49,999 nt of DNA from Octopus sinensis. Its lineage: Eukaryota. Positions 12,051 to 25,938 of this stretch are shown piece after piece. The number at the start of each line of letters is the position of its first letter. Positions within the stretch are counted from its first letter, which is position 1. A program made the translations under genes and the position numbers. The DNA is taken from NCBI RefSeq assembly GCF_006345805.1, contig NW_021834584.1, positions 1 through 49,999 of the forward strand, given 5' to 3'. Under the pieces are notes generated by a model. The model made no database searches. It was not told where the DNA came from and saw nothing but the letters and a program-made list of their open reading frames with translations.

Positions 12051-12727
12051 CGTCACGTGCATCCACAAATTGATCAGACGGTGACTAATTGTTGGTATCG
12101 ATCGTTTTCCAATATGGTTTTCGATTGCTCTCTTCGGTGCATCATTATCCATCCTTCAGTTTCTATCTCATACGCACACAAGCGCATACACACACACGCA
12201 CAACGCACAAACGCACATTCACAGTCAAGTGCACACACATGCACACACTAACAGGTATTTGCCAATAGATTAATAGACCCATACGCCAACATTTATGTGT
12301 ATATACACACACACACACACACACACATACACACACATACAAACGAAGAAATACATAAACCACGTGCCTATGTGTTCCGTGTGTTCCGTCTGTGTGTGTA
12401 TGTGTGTGTGTGTGTTGTATGTGCATGTGTGTGTGCGTGCGTGTGCGTGTAAATTTATAAACGAGTGCATAAAATTCAAGATGTAAAAATTGAAGACTTA
12501 TTCAACCCTGATATATAATAAAGTTGACTGTACTGCAGCCGCTGAGGCCTTTCGTGTGAAGGAGCTTGATGGCACTTCTCCCTTTACGCTAACAATATAT
12601 CATGTATGTGTGCATGCGTATATATATATATATATATATCACCTTGATCACCTTGACCGACCAGTCCGTCGGGCGTCCATTTGACACCGTTAGTCACAGC
12701 ACGCTGTCCACTCTTCCCATATATCAT

Positions 12728-13121
12728 ACTAGCAGTATCGCCCGGCGTTGCTTGGGTTTGTAAGGGAAATAACTATATAAGCATTTTTAGAGATGTAAAG
12801 TATAATAGCCATCTCAATATGGCTAACCACAAAGGGGTGGTGTTACTGTAGCTTTTTACGTTCTGAGATTTAATGATAAATTTTACTTCCCTTATATATG
12901 CCAAAAATGCATTAAAAATGGGAAAAATTGATGGTAAATTTTTTTTTTAAATCGTAGACTCATCGTAGACGCGCGCTAATACCCAGAAGGGCTCGATATG
13001 AATCACGACTATAAGATACCCGGTTTTGGTTAAACTGCACCGCAAAATGTGGGAGTAGTTAGGAATCTAAATCGAGGGAGGGAGACAGACAGCACACAAC
13101 CTTACTTTTATATATAAAGAT
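12728..13121 (+). mobile_element. putative non-autonomous Helentron/DINE-1-like element, second family
   Basis: It has the same 25-nt 5' terminus as 5014 but an unrelated interior. It ends GACAGACAG...CTTTTATATATAAAGAT. Confidence 0.55.
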
Positions 13122-13742
13122 ATGCGAGGGCGCTGGAACGACAACGCCAATATGCTAGAAGTAGATGTCAAATGTCTACAAACCATTTGAAAGTTGTTCC
13201 CATTTTTTTCACAAAGCGAGGAAATGGACAAGAAGATTAATGAAGTTTCAGACAACTCTATATCGTAAGATGTCGTGCTTTGTGATAAAAATTACTTTAC
13301 ACTCTTCAATGTAATGACAACCACATGTCTGAGATGGGCGGTGAGATATCATGTATACGTGGGAAATGTACGTATTTGTTGGTACCTGCACACGAGTATG
13401 TATCGATATATATATATATATATTTATATATTCACTTATATATTGTCGGCATTACTGCTGCAGAAGAGTGTAGAGTACTTTTTATTACAAAGCACGAGAT
13501 CTTAAGATATAAAATTGTTTGAAACTTTATGAATTTTCTTGTCCATTTCCCCGCATTCTGCCTTGTGCAAAAAAGGAGAATAAATTTAGGGTTCTAGCGT
13601 ATTGGCCTTATCTCTCCAGCGCCCTTAAATTTATAATATATATTTATAATTATATACTTAAGTATTAATTTTACCGATATGGTGTTTTTTAAACGCTGGC
13701 CTCTGGTATAATCATTTTAACGATTATATTCTCAATTCATAC

Positions 13743-13776
<34 letters not shown>

Positions 13777-13778
<2 letters not shown>

Positions 13779-13839
13779 TGAGCTGACGAAGGAAATGTTG
13801 ATCTTTATATTTAACTAATCCAGAAACGGCGTTCTCAAG
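13777..13839 (+). ncRNA. minimal type I hammerhead motif
   Basis: CTTGAG-CTGACGA-A-GGA...TCC-A-GAAA-CGGCG-TT-CTCAAG. The downstream sequence resembles the element at 43433-43680. Confidence 0.65.
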
Positions 13840-14504
13840 TAATCTTATGTACGTGTGATCTTTCGTTATTTTTCCCTCTATACCTGCGTGAATTATTTTT
13901 GAGTATACATTGTCTGGGAGACTTTCCTTATAGTAGAAGAAATAGCTAAGATGTTTTGGCTGCTATTTCTAAAAGTTCGGTGGTGGAAAGTAAATTATTT
14001 TACTGAACCTAATTAATATAACATGTTTTAATATACCGTAAATGGTCTTTTTACATACTGAACACTACTTGGTAAAATTAATTAATAATTAATTATTTTA
14101 CCCTTTTATTATTGACTATATATATATTATATATATATATATTATATATATACGCATTTATCTATCTAACTATCTGCCTATATCTGTGTGTGCGTATGTA
14201 TGGACGGACGGATAGATGGATGGATGGATGGATGACGGATGTACGCATATATGCATGTGTTTGTACTATTGTCGGTTACCATGTTTAACCATGTGGACGG
14301 AAGACGAATCCCTTATGACAAAGCTTATTCAGTGACTGGATCGATCGATATCGATAAGAACGTGATTGAAATAAGTGCTAGGTTCGATATGACCAACTAA
14401 AACACTTCAAAGGGATGCCCCAGCATGGCCGTGGACTAGTGACTGAAACCAGTAAGAGAATAGAAGTTACTATGCATGGATCTCTTTTATGAGTTTTAGA
14501 CATC

Positions 14505-14856
14505 TTTACTGCGGCCATGCTGGAGCATCGCCTTTAGTCGAACAAATCGCTCCCTAGGACTTATTTTTTGTAAGCCTAATACTTATTGTATCAGTCTCTT
14601 TTGCCGAACCGCTAATTTACGGAGACGTAAGCACACCAACATCGGTTGTCAAGCGATGGTGGGAGGACAAGCACAGACACATAAACGTATACACACCCAT
14701 ATATATATATATTATATATATATATATATATACGAGGGGCTTTGGTCAGCCCGAGGCTATCATAGAAAACACTTGCCCAAAGACCACACAGTGAGACTGA
14801 ACCCGGAACCATGTGGTTGGTAAGCAAACTACTTACCACACAGCCACTCCTGCGCC
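14505..14856 (-). mobile_element. tRNA-derived SINE, family 1
   Basis: Head (CAGCCACTCCTGCGCC on +) and body match the family, with an internal deletion. Confidence 0.85.
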
Positions 14857-14929
14857 TATGTCTGCATGATATATCTATGCCTACGGGTAATATCCGGGTA
14901 TATATATATATAACTATATTTAGCTATCT

Positions 14930-14970
<41 letters not shown>

Positions 14971-15349
14971 CTCTCTCCCTATATACATATTATTATATAT
15001 ATATATAGATACGCACATTTATATATATATATACATGTTTGTATATATATATATATATATATATATACATACACACAAACATGAATGTTAGCCTACTTGA
15101 CCAGTGTCTATTCTCTCTGTTAGGACATGTTACCATGTCTTTGTCAATAAATCCTCCATTTTTCCCCTTTCATGTCCAGACATCTCCGTACATGGAGAAT
15201 GCTTCATGTCAACCGTTCTTCCATTGTTCCACTGTTTGGAAAGGTTAATTTCTAAACAAACGATTTTTTCTTTTTTACGGCCGACACTTCACACTGTATC
15301 AATAACAATGGACGGCGGAGAGAGAACAAATTACAGCGGACAGATAAGT

Positions 15350-15358
15350 AGTAGTAGC

Positions 15359-15401
<43 letters not shown>

Positions 15402-15740
15402 TAGTAGTAGTAGTAGTAGTAGTAGTAGTTGTTGCAGCAGCAGGAGGAGGAGGAGGAAGAGTGGAAGGGTGAGGAGGGGACGAGAACAGAAGGTGGACGA
15501 TGAGGAGGAGGGCGGGGATGAGGGGGAAGAGGAGGGGGAAGAGGAGGAAGAGAGGAGGAAGAGAGGAGGAAGAGAGGAGGAGGAGGAGGAAGAGGAAAAA
15601 GATGGGAGGAGGAGGAACAGAAGGAGGAACAGGAAAAAGAGGAGGAGGGAAGAAGATGGGAGGAGGAGGAGGAAGAAGATGGGAGGTGGAGGAGGAGGAG
15701 GAAGAAGGAGGGAGGAGGAGGATGAGTAGGAGGAGGAAAT
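15350..15740. repeat. (AGT)n followed by a purine-rich (GAG/GAA)n tract
   Basis: Seen directly. Confidence 0.9.
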
Positions 15741-15788
15741 TATAAAACAAAACCTCAAAAACAACGAATATGTTTACAAATAACTTCT

Positions 15789-15992
15789 TTCTCATTCTTT
15801 TATTTGCTTCAGTCATTTGACTGCGGCCTAGCTGGAGCACCGCCTTTTAGTCGAGTAAATCGACCCCACATCTTTTTCTTTGCAAGCCTGGTCTTATTCG
15901 ATCGGTGTCTTTTGCCGAACCGCTGAGTTGCAGGGATGTAAACATACTAACATCGGTTGCCAAGCGATGGTGGGGGGACAAACACAGACGCA
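15789..15992 (-). mobile_element. SINE family 1, 3' half
   Basis: Matches the family tail and body. Confidence 0.85.
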
Positions 15993-16417
15993 AAGACACA
16001 CACACATACACACACACATATATATATATATAATTGAAATATGTTACGAAAAGAAAATAGTAACTTCTGGGGGAGCATCATAGCCATGTGTTGAGAGGAA
16101 TTCTTTGGGGTTTGAATAATTCACCTCTGGAAACATGGGTGTTTCGTTCAACATCCTTAAACAACCCTTATTCAGGGACCTTTTGAGCGGGATGGGTTAC
16201 TTGACCAGAAGAAAATTCTAACTGGGCCCCACCCGCAAGGTCATGCGCTGTTTATCTTGATATGAGATCACAATGTCGCGCACATATGGTTGTGATGCAT
16301 GTGCCTGGTGTACCCTTATCAGACAGGTAGTCATGATGGGTATACTGGGCTTCGTATATTTTACCCCAGTGTCACTTTGATGGCATGCACTGCTCTCTCA
16401 CTCAATAATAATAATAA

Positions 16418-17330
16418 TGTCTTCTTTATTGGGCACGAGGCCCGAACAAACCAAAAAGGGACAATGCAACACAAGTGACGAGTGGGGCTTAACACAAAAC
16501 CTCGAGTATAAAATTGAAACCAGAACAATTAACAGTAAAATTCCCCAAAAGAGAAGAGTTCCACCCAGGTGCAACCGAGGAACTCCACACTCTCGGGTTA
16601 CCCCAACCAGCAGGAGCACCTCAGCAGGTGTCTCTCTCCTTCTCAACACCTCTGCTGCCTTACAAGAGTTGGCCCATTCACACGAGCCATGCTCGTCACA
16701 TTTACTCACCTTTCAACAAAAATACTGGGGAATGGGGAGAGGGGAAGTAGTTCCATCTCCGTCCTTACTTTCCTTCTCAAGTGGGATTTGAAAAAAGTCG
16801 ATGAGGGCTTGGCTGAATAGGAAAGTATCTATCTTCGGTTCTTTCAACCCCGTACCACACGCCTTTCCTTCGTCATAGCCATCAGACAAAGAAAATCTCC
16901 CTTCCCTTTCCGGTCAAAAGGGCGATCTTCATGATGGACTCGGTTGATAACCGGATCCGTCCTACGCGCGTCAACAGCTATTCCACAAAGCTCCGCATAT
17001 CAGTAATGCTCGGACTCTGGATGCGTCCATGCAGAACGGTTTTGTCGCCCTGCGCACATCTTAGACAGCACTTCTGGCTTTGTAGAACTCGACTGGAACT
17101 AGCAGAGCTTTCCGGTAGCACTGCCAGGTCAGGGATTTCTTGAAATTATCCATAGGATCCGCCTCGAAAGGCATCCAGTAAAGACCAGCTAATTGATCCT
17201 TCCCGACGCCCGGACTATCCTCGAAGACGCTGTCGCTCTTCTCTGCCATTAATCCTCTATAGAACTCCAATGTGAAACTTCCACCAACCGTATTACCCGA
17301 CTGGCAGAGGGCTGTGAGCGCTTGCCGACA
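16418..17330 (-). mobile_element. 3' remnant of an L1/Tx1-like non-LTR retrotransposon
   Basis: The minus strand gives DNFKKSLTWQCYRKAL and CLRCAQGDKTVLH (zf-RVT-like), with stops and frameshifts. AATAAA is followed by an (ATT)n tail at the 3' end. Confidence 0.7.
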
Positions 17331-17467
17331 TTCCAGACTTCAAGCGCCCTTTCTCGGTCCACGTTTGACTCAGGGCTGTAGCTCCATCAATGAAACGAGC
17401 CGCAGAAAATCCTGTCTGACAAACGGCGACCACATCTTTATTAAAAATAATTATTATTATCATGAGA

Positions 17468-17635
17468 GCAGCAAACTGGCAGAATCGTTAGCGAGTAATA
17501 CAAAATGCTTCAGGGTTTACATTCAAGGTTCAAATCGCGTCGAAGTCGACTTTGTCTTTCATTCATCCACCCGATGTGATCGCATAGACAATCCCTCAAA
17601 ATTTCAGGCCTTGTGTCCTGAAAGTAGAAAGAATT
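17468..17635 (+). mobile_element. tRNA-derived SINE, family 2 (degenerate)
   Basis: TGGCAGAATCGTTAG head and GTTCAAATC...GTCGACTTTG, shared with the copies near 27530 and 32490. Confidence 0.65.
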
Positions 17636-18523
17636 TCATACACCCAGGGACAATGAAAAAAAAGAACGGAAAAGTGAAGTTGACCTTGGATGTGGCTTGA
17701 ACTCAAGACGCCAAGTGCCCTGATTACCAAAAGGTATTTTATCAGCGAATCGCCTGCTTCTAGTAAAGAACCCGGCCTACTTTGTTCCACGGTATTTAAA
17801 AAGAACAGCGAAATGCTAAATTGCAGTTGATACGATGGTTCAAATGGTTCGATCGTTTGATAGAAAGTTGCATGGGAAGCCTGACAACACAAGATGTCGG
17901 CGTTTCTGGCGGTTGAGGCGTTGGTGTTGATGGTAGTAGGGGTGGTAGTGATAGTAGGAGTATAATAGTAGCAGTAGGGGAGGAGGAAACATGGTGATAT
18001 GGGAGGAGGGGAGAGGAGGAGAAAAAACATTTTCAAAATTAAAAGTCAACAACTTGTCGAATTACTTGGAAGAGATAAACTTTCAGTAAAATGCACCGAG
18101 ACGTCGGGGCAAGAGGGGAGAAGGGAAAGGAAGGAGACACAGATTGAAAGAGAGGGGGAAAGTGGTGTGAGAGTGTGTTTGCCTGTGCGAAGGAGAGAGA
18201 GAGAGAGAGAGAGAGAGTTGAGAGAGTTGAGAGAAGAAAGAAAGGAAGAAAGGCGTTTGCTTGAGACAAAGAGGTGAAGGAAATTATGTACATAATTATA
18301 TATACACACACATATACATACATACACTCACACACGTACATATGTGTATATGTGTGTGTGTGTGTGAGTGCATATGTATGTATATATATGTGTGTGTGTA
18401 TGCATATATATGTGTGTGTGTATATATAGACATACATTTATACATATATATGTATATATATATATAATTATACATATATATATATACATATATATAAATA
18501 TATATAATACATACATATATATA

Positions 18524-18568
<45 letters not shown>

Positions 18569-18915
18569 CATATACCCACATATATACATATATATATATA
18601 TTATACACAGAGAGAGAGTCGGATAACAGAATTGTGAGAAAAGTGGCCGACCACTGGAATATCGTTTAGCACTGAATTTGTAAAGGGAAAGAGATCAACC
18701 GGGGGGGGGGGCGCAGGGTATGTCGTAGAGGAAAATCAAGAGGTTTGCTACTGTAAGTCTTCAAACGCGAGACTATGAAAAATTAAGAAACACACACACA
18801 CACACACACAACACACACACACATGCACACACGCACACACACACACGCACACACACACACACACATTCCCGAACACTTGTATATAATAGCAGAATGCATT
18901 TCTATCTGACTTATA

Positions 18916-19467
18916 TACGAAGTCTGATCAAAACGTCCCAGGACTGGTGCCATAAAAAGAATTCTACAACATCAATGTTGACATTTAATCCCCTTCGAAG
19001 TAGTTCCCTCCTGAAGCCATACACTTTGTCCGGCGTCATTTCCATCGATGGAAGCATTTCCAGAACGTCTACTCCTTGAGAGAGTGAGTGACTGTCCCGT
19101 CGCATTCTGACGTCTTGAAATCTTTTTGGGTTCTTCCACTGCGAAGACTAAGCCTTGGTTTTGAGATCACAGCCACAGATCCACGATTCGTTATCTATTA
19201 TGACCATTTTCAAAAAGTTCTCGTCTTCCTCGACACAAGAAAGGAGATCCAGGACAACTGAGACCCGATCCCCTTTACGAGACGACAACACTCTACACAC
19301 TGTACTTCCGGGTATTGCTCTAAGCAACGGAAGTGAGCGAGAAACGTTACAACTTGGGGCCCATGCGAGACAAAGTTCGAAGTCAACCTGTGCCGAGCGG
19401 CTTCACTCTGCGTACTTTAGCTCCGTTACCATAGCTACAGTTCCGATACTTTTGATCAGAATTTGTA
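18916..19467 (-). mobile_element. internally deleted mariner element with both TIRs
   Basis: Inverted ends TACGAAGTCTGATCAAAACGT and TACAAATTCTGATCAAAAGT with TA flanks. Minus-strand remnants read ENFLKMVIIDNESWICGCDLKTKA*SSQW and KCFHRWK*RRTKCMASGGNYFEGD. Confidence 0.85.
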
Positions 19468-19605
19468 AATGTTCCGTCTAATGAGTTTTGTAACTAAATG
19501 GAAGGAGAAAATATGCATAACCTGTCGTATCAATTAGCGGATCCAAGTGTTTGTGTTAGTTAAATTAGCGAAAAATACCTGTGTGATACCTGTGTTTGTG
19601 TGTTT

Positions 19606-19668
<63 letters not shown>

Positions 19669-19674
<6 letters not shown>

Positions 19675-20410
19675 AATAATGAGGGAGATAAATTAATATT
19701 AATTTTAATATCAATTTAAAACCAGTAGTCCAGCATACAAAAATCTGAGGAGTCAGAGAAAATTCTAATATATGTGTATATTGGCAGGGCTTACTGCTAG
19801 GGAGTCGGCCGTATGCTAGAAATAGACCATCAACGGTCAACTACAAGGAAATTCTCTAGAGGAAAAATACAGCGAACACCAGAACCAACTTTGGCGGGCA
19901 TGACAGATGAAAATTCATATAAAAAACAGAATTAAATGCATACCTCGGTTTCAGCCTTAACAAGAGAATTACTTACGCAATCCAAATGTCCGTGCTTCTT
20001 CAGTGCATCCGTTCATAGTAATGTAAACGGAAAAGCTAACTCCAGCATTCGTGCCAGTACAGACACGTGTGTAGCTTTACCGATTACACTAGTGATAAAA
20101 TTTCAAATGTCTTGGCTCTGGCGCGCTAATAAATTTCTGAGGCGAAGGGCTTCAGTAAATAATTCACTGCGGTTCGTGCTTAGTACTAGAGAACAATTTA
20201 TTTCAATATTTAAATAATGAGGGAGATAAATTAATATTAATTTTAATATCAATTTAAAACCAGTAGTCCAGCATACAAAAATCTGAGGAGTCAGAGGAAA
20301 TTCTAATATATTGTATTTTTCCTCTAGAGAATTTCCTTGTAGTTTGACCGTTGATGGTCTATTTCTAGCATACGGCCGACTCCCTAGCAGTAAGCCCTGC
20401 CAATATACAC

Positions 20411-20416
<6 letters not shown>
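19669..20416. mobile_element. rearranged Penelope-like repeat, A-B-M-A-B(inverted)
   Basis: About 100-bp direct repeat (19669-19772 and 20207-20310) plus about 100-bp inverted repeat (19768-19871 and 20312-20416), with a hammerhead in the middle. Confidence 0.7.
19936..20008 (-). ncRNA. minimal type I hammerhead motif, core intact
   Basis: Minus strand: ATGCA-CTGAAGA-AGC...GCT-GAAA-CCGAGG-TA-TGCAT. Confidence 0.7.
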
Positions 20417-20467
<51 letters not shown>

Positions 20468-20644
20468 GGGGGAGAGATAGAGAGATGGATAAAACTTACT
20501 TGGAAATGGATGAGTGGCGTTCAATCGTATAGTAATATAATATATATATAATATTTAGGAATTCACGAAAAAAACTAAAAGACGAAGACAGGTGGTGTAC
20601 AAAACAAACAGATGTATTAGTATAACGCTCAGGAATAGAAAAAG

Positions 20645-20682
20645 TCTTTTACGTTTCGAACGTACGTTCTTCCACAGAAAGG
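20645..20682 (-). ncRNA. A6U-family hammerhead-like motif
   Basis: Minus strand: CTTT-CTGTGGA-A-GAAC-GTAC-GTTC-GAAA-CG-TA-AAAG. Stem II is compensated relative to GAGC/GCTC. Confidence 0.5.
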
Positions 20683-20741
20683 GACACAGGAAAAAAAAAA
20701 GGAGAGAAAAAATGTATGTCTATATATAGTGGCTACCGATC

Positions 20742-20773
<32 letters not shown>

Positions 20774-21706
20774 TGTATGTATGTATGTATGTATGTATCA
20801 GACCTCTTTTTTAAGTCAAATATAATTTTTTTAAAACCTGTCAATGATACTTTCAGACTATATGAAACCAAAAAAAACAGACCAGCAACAAAAGAAAATT
20901 TCAAAAATGGTGTTATAAATCTCACAAGATTTCAAAATTACTTTCCAATTTTGAAAATATTCGAAATTGCTTTTACGAATTTCGTTATTTAAAAAAACCT
21001 ATGGCAAGAGGTTAGAAATTTGTCTTCAAGGCAGCTTAACGGAATTTGATGTAGGAGGGAAGGATTTGTGCTGTATTTCTTAAAGAATTGTGATACCATG
21101 TTGAAGTGACGTTGAAATACTTTAGATTAAGGATAGAGTTCATTTTAATGTGAGAATGCAAATAGTTAAATAAGAAAGATACTAAAATAGCTGAATCATA
21201 CACATTCAATATACAACAACACGCTTCTGCAAATTGTTTCTGTGCTGAATCTTTTAAATAAAAGCCATCGCTTTTGTTTTAAATTTTACTGAACGGAAGA
21301 TAGTTTTGACTGAAGAGAAACCACGAGGTCGAAACATCGTGTTTTGAATCGAGTGTGTTATGAATACACATCGTCTGAAGCAGAGGTTCTCAACCAGGTC
21401 TATATAAGATTAGGGCGGGGTGCTTACGCATTCATACAAAATAGCAAATCAGAGATCCAGGGTCTGAGTAAAGATTTTGTACTGGACGTACTTATGAATT
21501 GCAAGAAACAGGTTTCTTTTCTCTGACGTTTTAAGTAATTCAACATGTCGGCCACTGAAACATGTTCTCTCAGAGAATGCTGTTGCAATTAACAGAGTCA
21601 TTTACGCTCGAATCTAGAAAAACATGTTGAGAATGAAGACATTGATCTGTTTTGTATCTCTCTGTTCTAGATGCATATGATTATTTACACATGCATATGA
21701 TTATTT

Positions 21707-21747
<41 letters not shown>

Positions 21748-21967
21748 GTGTGTGTGTGTGTGTGTGTGTAAATGGGTGAATGACTTATCCTTTGTTTACT
21801 GTTAACATGGAAAATTCAATAAACAGTTACCAGGGTAGCAAAATTCACGCAAGTAACACGGATGTAGCGACCTATTCAAAGGTAGAAACTCCGGGTTAAT
21901 GTGCAATAATTTGTATAGTATAAGTAAATAAATGGAGTTGAACGAAGATGTTATTCAAATTCTTTTA

Positions 21968-22054
21968 CTTTCGACATATGTTTCGAAGACAACATTTGGT
22001 TTTATTCCAAAGGAATAAACGGTGTAAAATAATGCAATCTTCTCATCAGGAAAG
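21968..22054 (-). ncRNA. canonical minimal type I hammerhead
   Basis: Minus strand: CTTTC-CTGATGA-GAAGA...TCTTC-GAAA-CATATG-TC-GAAAG. The core is perfect, G10.1-C11.1 is present, stem III is palindromic and the triplet is GUC. Confidence 0.85.
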
Positions 22055-22992
22055 AAAAAGAACCTATCTCAACAACAAGACATTATAACAATTTTGATGA
22101 CTGCATAAATGATAAACAGAACGTTATTAAGTATTAAAAAAAAACCGTGAGTAGATCTGACTTCAAAGGCAGACCCTAGGAAGAGAAGGGGTAAAGAAAT
22201 AATAAGTAGAGAACAAATAAAGAGGGATATATTGGTTGGAAAAATGTTCAAAGGCTTCGAAGTAGATTTCTCTATTGAAGTAAAGTGCAAGGTGAACTAA
22301 ATATATACTTAGAGAGAGTGAGTGAGTGAGAGAGAGAGTAAGTGAACAGAGAGAGAGAGAGAGAGAGAGAGTTATCCATTGCAGCAGACTCCAAGACAAT
22401 GCTTTTCTTATTCTATTACACTACAACTATTAAACAGAAAACATCCTTCCGGTAATGTAAACTTTTATTTATTTAATGAGATCCTTGGCCTCGGAGCGCA
22501 GTCTGCAGTATTCACCTCGCCTGGATATTTACCAATCTTGAGCTCTTGTATTCTTATTCGCACACCTGGCAACCCTAGTCGCTTACGATGAAATATGAAA
22601 AAATATTTTTTTCAGTTTATCGTACTTCGATACGAAAACAATCCACGACCATCCCTCTCAATACACCAATATTGCCCCTGAAAGTTGTCTTCTTATGTTT
22701 ACTACGGATTGCTTGAAACTAACTTTCTTCCTACACCTCGATCCGGATCTTACATTTATATGTGTTACATTTATAAGGGTGTTTGATAGATTAAAATGTA
22801 ACTTTGGAATAAATTTTGTGGAAAGATAGATATAAATTGGGAGACATTGAAGCTTAGAGGGACATCGTGATGATAAATTCCGATGTGGAAGTACAGACAA
22901 AGTACACAAACACACCACAAGCATACACACACACATATATATATGTAATATGTATATATTGTATATATATATATATATATTATATATATATG

Positions 22993-23035
<43 letters not shown>

Positions 23036-23163
23036 GTTATATATATATATTATATATCTATATATATATATATATAGATATATTATAATATACATATGTA
23101 TGTATATATATTCATATATATATATAATATATATTATATATACATATGTATGTATATATATTC

Positions 23164-23195
<32 letters not shown>

Positions 23196-24071
23196 TATAT
23201 ATATACATATGTATGTATATATATTCATATATATATATATATATATATATGTTTATATATATATATATATATATATATAGACATATATATATATATATAT
23301 GTATATATATGTATATATGTACATATATACGTATATATCTATATGTACATATATATGTATGCATATATGCATATACACACACACACACACACATATATAT
23401 ATGTATGTATAAATGTATACATTCACAAATAAACATATGTAAATATATATGAATATATATATATATACACACACACACAAGCGTGTATGTGTGTGTATTT
23501 ATGTGCGTGTGCGTGCGTGCGTGCGTGCGTGTGTGTGCGTGTGTGTGCGTGTGTGTGTGTCTGGTGTTGGTTTCAATCAAATCGTAACACGAAGTAGGTT
23601 TCAAAATTAAGATAAGATGGAGAAATATAAACACACACACACAACTTTATTTGCAATGAAAACAAAGGAAAAATTAAAGAAAATCAAAGAATTCAGGAGG
23701 AGGAGGAGGAGGAGGTAAGATGGACGTCTTGGCTTTTTCCTGTCTTTTTTGTTATTCAAGTCTATTTACGTCCGCGCAGTCGCATTGGTTTACTTATGTA
23801 TCTGGATATTCAGAACTGTTAATTACGTGTGTGTGTGTGTGTGTGTGTGCGTCTGTGTATGTATGTGCGTGTGTGTGTACGTGTGAGGGTGAGAATCTTG
23901 AGCGTACAGATATAAATGTACAAGTTTATATATAATGTATGTATATGTGAAACATGTATATATTACACACATAGACACACACACACAAACATAAATATAT
24001 ATAAACTTGGAAATGGATGCGTGTCGTTCGCTCATATAATAATAATAATAATAATAATAATGATAATAATA

Positions 24072-24099
<28 letters not shown>

Positions 24100-24108
<9 letters not shown>

Positions 24109-24470
24109 GCATATATACATACATATACGTACATACCTACATATGTATGTATAGACACATGCATATATGAAAGCAGGACGTAAAAAAACCTAAACAAATG
24201 AAAAACGAGATCATAAAAAAACAAAAACATGGAAAAGGAACTTTTTTTCGGACAACGAGAGAAACAAATAGAGAAACGAGACAGGCAACATGAAGAACAT
24301 TTCCTTCATGAGTTGTCCCCTGTTTTATCTACTCCGTGTTTCGAAGGTAGGGACAAGACACGACTTCATTAAAACAATCCCTCCCGCAAAGCAAATTAAA
24401 TAAAATTTGGGATTTTTGCGATGGGTTAAAGTGGTAACAAAAACAGGACAGTAAGAACGAATCAATCCCA
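24100..24470 (-). mobile_element. second copy of the permuted-hammerhead repeat
   Basis: Reverse-complement homology to 1030-1400. Confidence 0.6.
24301..24363 (-). ncRNA. permuted hammerhead motif (G5C)
   Basis: Minus strand: TCGTG-TC|TTGTCCC-TA-CCTTC-GAAA-CACGG...GGGACAA-CTCATGA-A-GGA. Stem I is 7 bp, stem III 6 bp, triplet GUC. Confidence 0.65.
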
Positions 24471-25646
24471 TTGCTAATTTTCTTTTATTAAGCCTAGAAC
24501 CTATTCTATCCGTCTGTTCTTAACGACCCGCTAAGTCACGGGAGCGTAAACAAATCCACACCGGCCGCAAGCGTGGCGGAGGACAAACACAGACACAAAG
24601 ACACCAGCACACATTGAAATGTAGCGTTAGAGTTGGTTTGTTATAGCAGTGCTTGACTGTGTTTGATGGTGAGGGCCATAAGGGCGGCGGTTTTAATCGT
24701 GATGGTGATAGGTATTGTGAGGAGGGAGGTGTTAATTGTGGTGGTGGCGGTGGTGGTGGTGTTCTTGTTGGTGATGAAATTGTCAGAAAATATGGTAAAA
24801 ACATCGGAAAGAACAGAAGAATGACAAATACGAAAAGAAACTTTGATACTCTCATCATCACCATCAAACAGAACAGTAACCATGGTGGACAAAAAAGGGG
24901 GCTTCAAACGTGTTATGACTAGAAATAGCAACCAGATGTCCCTCAGGTCACACTATGCACTCTTGAGAAAGAAATTGTCACACTGTTCTATACAAGACAT
25001 GAGAGTCACGGTTGGGATGCCATCTAAAGTTATTTCTTGATCATGAATGACATGAGAGTAAGCAATAAAAACAATATTAATAAAAGTCAACGAAAGAACA
25101 TCTTTGAAGACGCGTGACATGCTGAAAATAACAGCCGAGTCTCCTTATTTCCACGTTACAGTATTTAAAAGAGGAAGTTGATTTATATTTGATAAGCTGT
25201 TGTTCTGATTCCGACATCGTGAAAATATTTTGAACAGACAGAATTGGAATAACAACGAGGATAAAGGATCAGCGCCTGCCTTGGGCTAAACAACAACAAC
25301 AACAACTGACTGAAGAGAATAACAGTAACAAGAGGACCCATGACGACGACGACGATGATGATGATGATGATGATGATGAAGAGGTGGAGGAGGAGGAAGA
25401 GAATAAGAAGCTGTGGCAGCACACTACTACTACTACCACCACCACGACCATTACTACTACTGCTACCACCACCACCACCACCACCACTACTACTACCACC
25501 AACATCACCATTACTACTACTACTACTACTACCAACACCACCACTAATGATACTACTACCACGAACACCACCATTACTACTACTACTACTAGTTGTGAAA
25601 GTAGATGACGAATAGATGTTTGCGATGATGTCTATAATGACAAGAT

Positions 25647-25679
<33 letters not shown>

Positions 25680-25787
25680 CAACAACAACGACAATAATAG
25701 TAACAAGAATTTCGGTGATGAGTGTTCAAATATGGACAAGGAATAATTATGTGATTCTTTTAAAGACAAAATATCCAAAACAAACAG

Positions 25788-25884
<97 letters not shown>

Positions 25885-25902
25885 CCACACACACAACACA
25901 CA

Positions 25903-25938
<36 letters not shown>

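Noticed and set aside
21302-21350. CTGAAGA-stem-GAAAC hammerhead-like words
   Set aside because: G at the cleavage position and no stem I pairing; too degenerate to call.
6500-23885. Scattered (T)ACGTG sites (Sim:Tango CME-like)
   Set aside because: Mostly generated by TG/TA microsatellite variation; no clustering in unique sequence.
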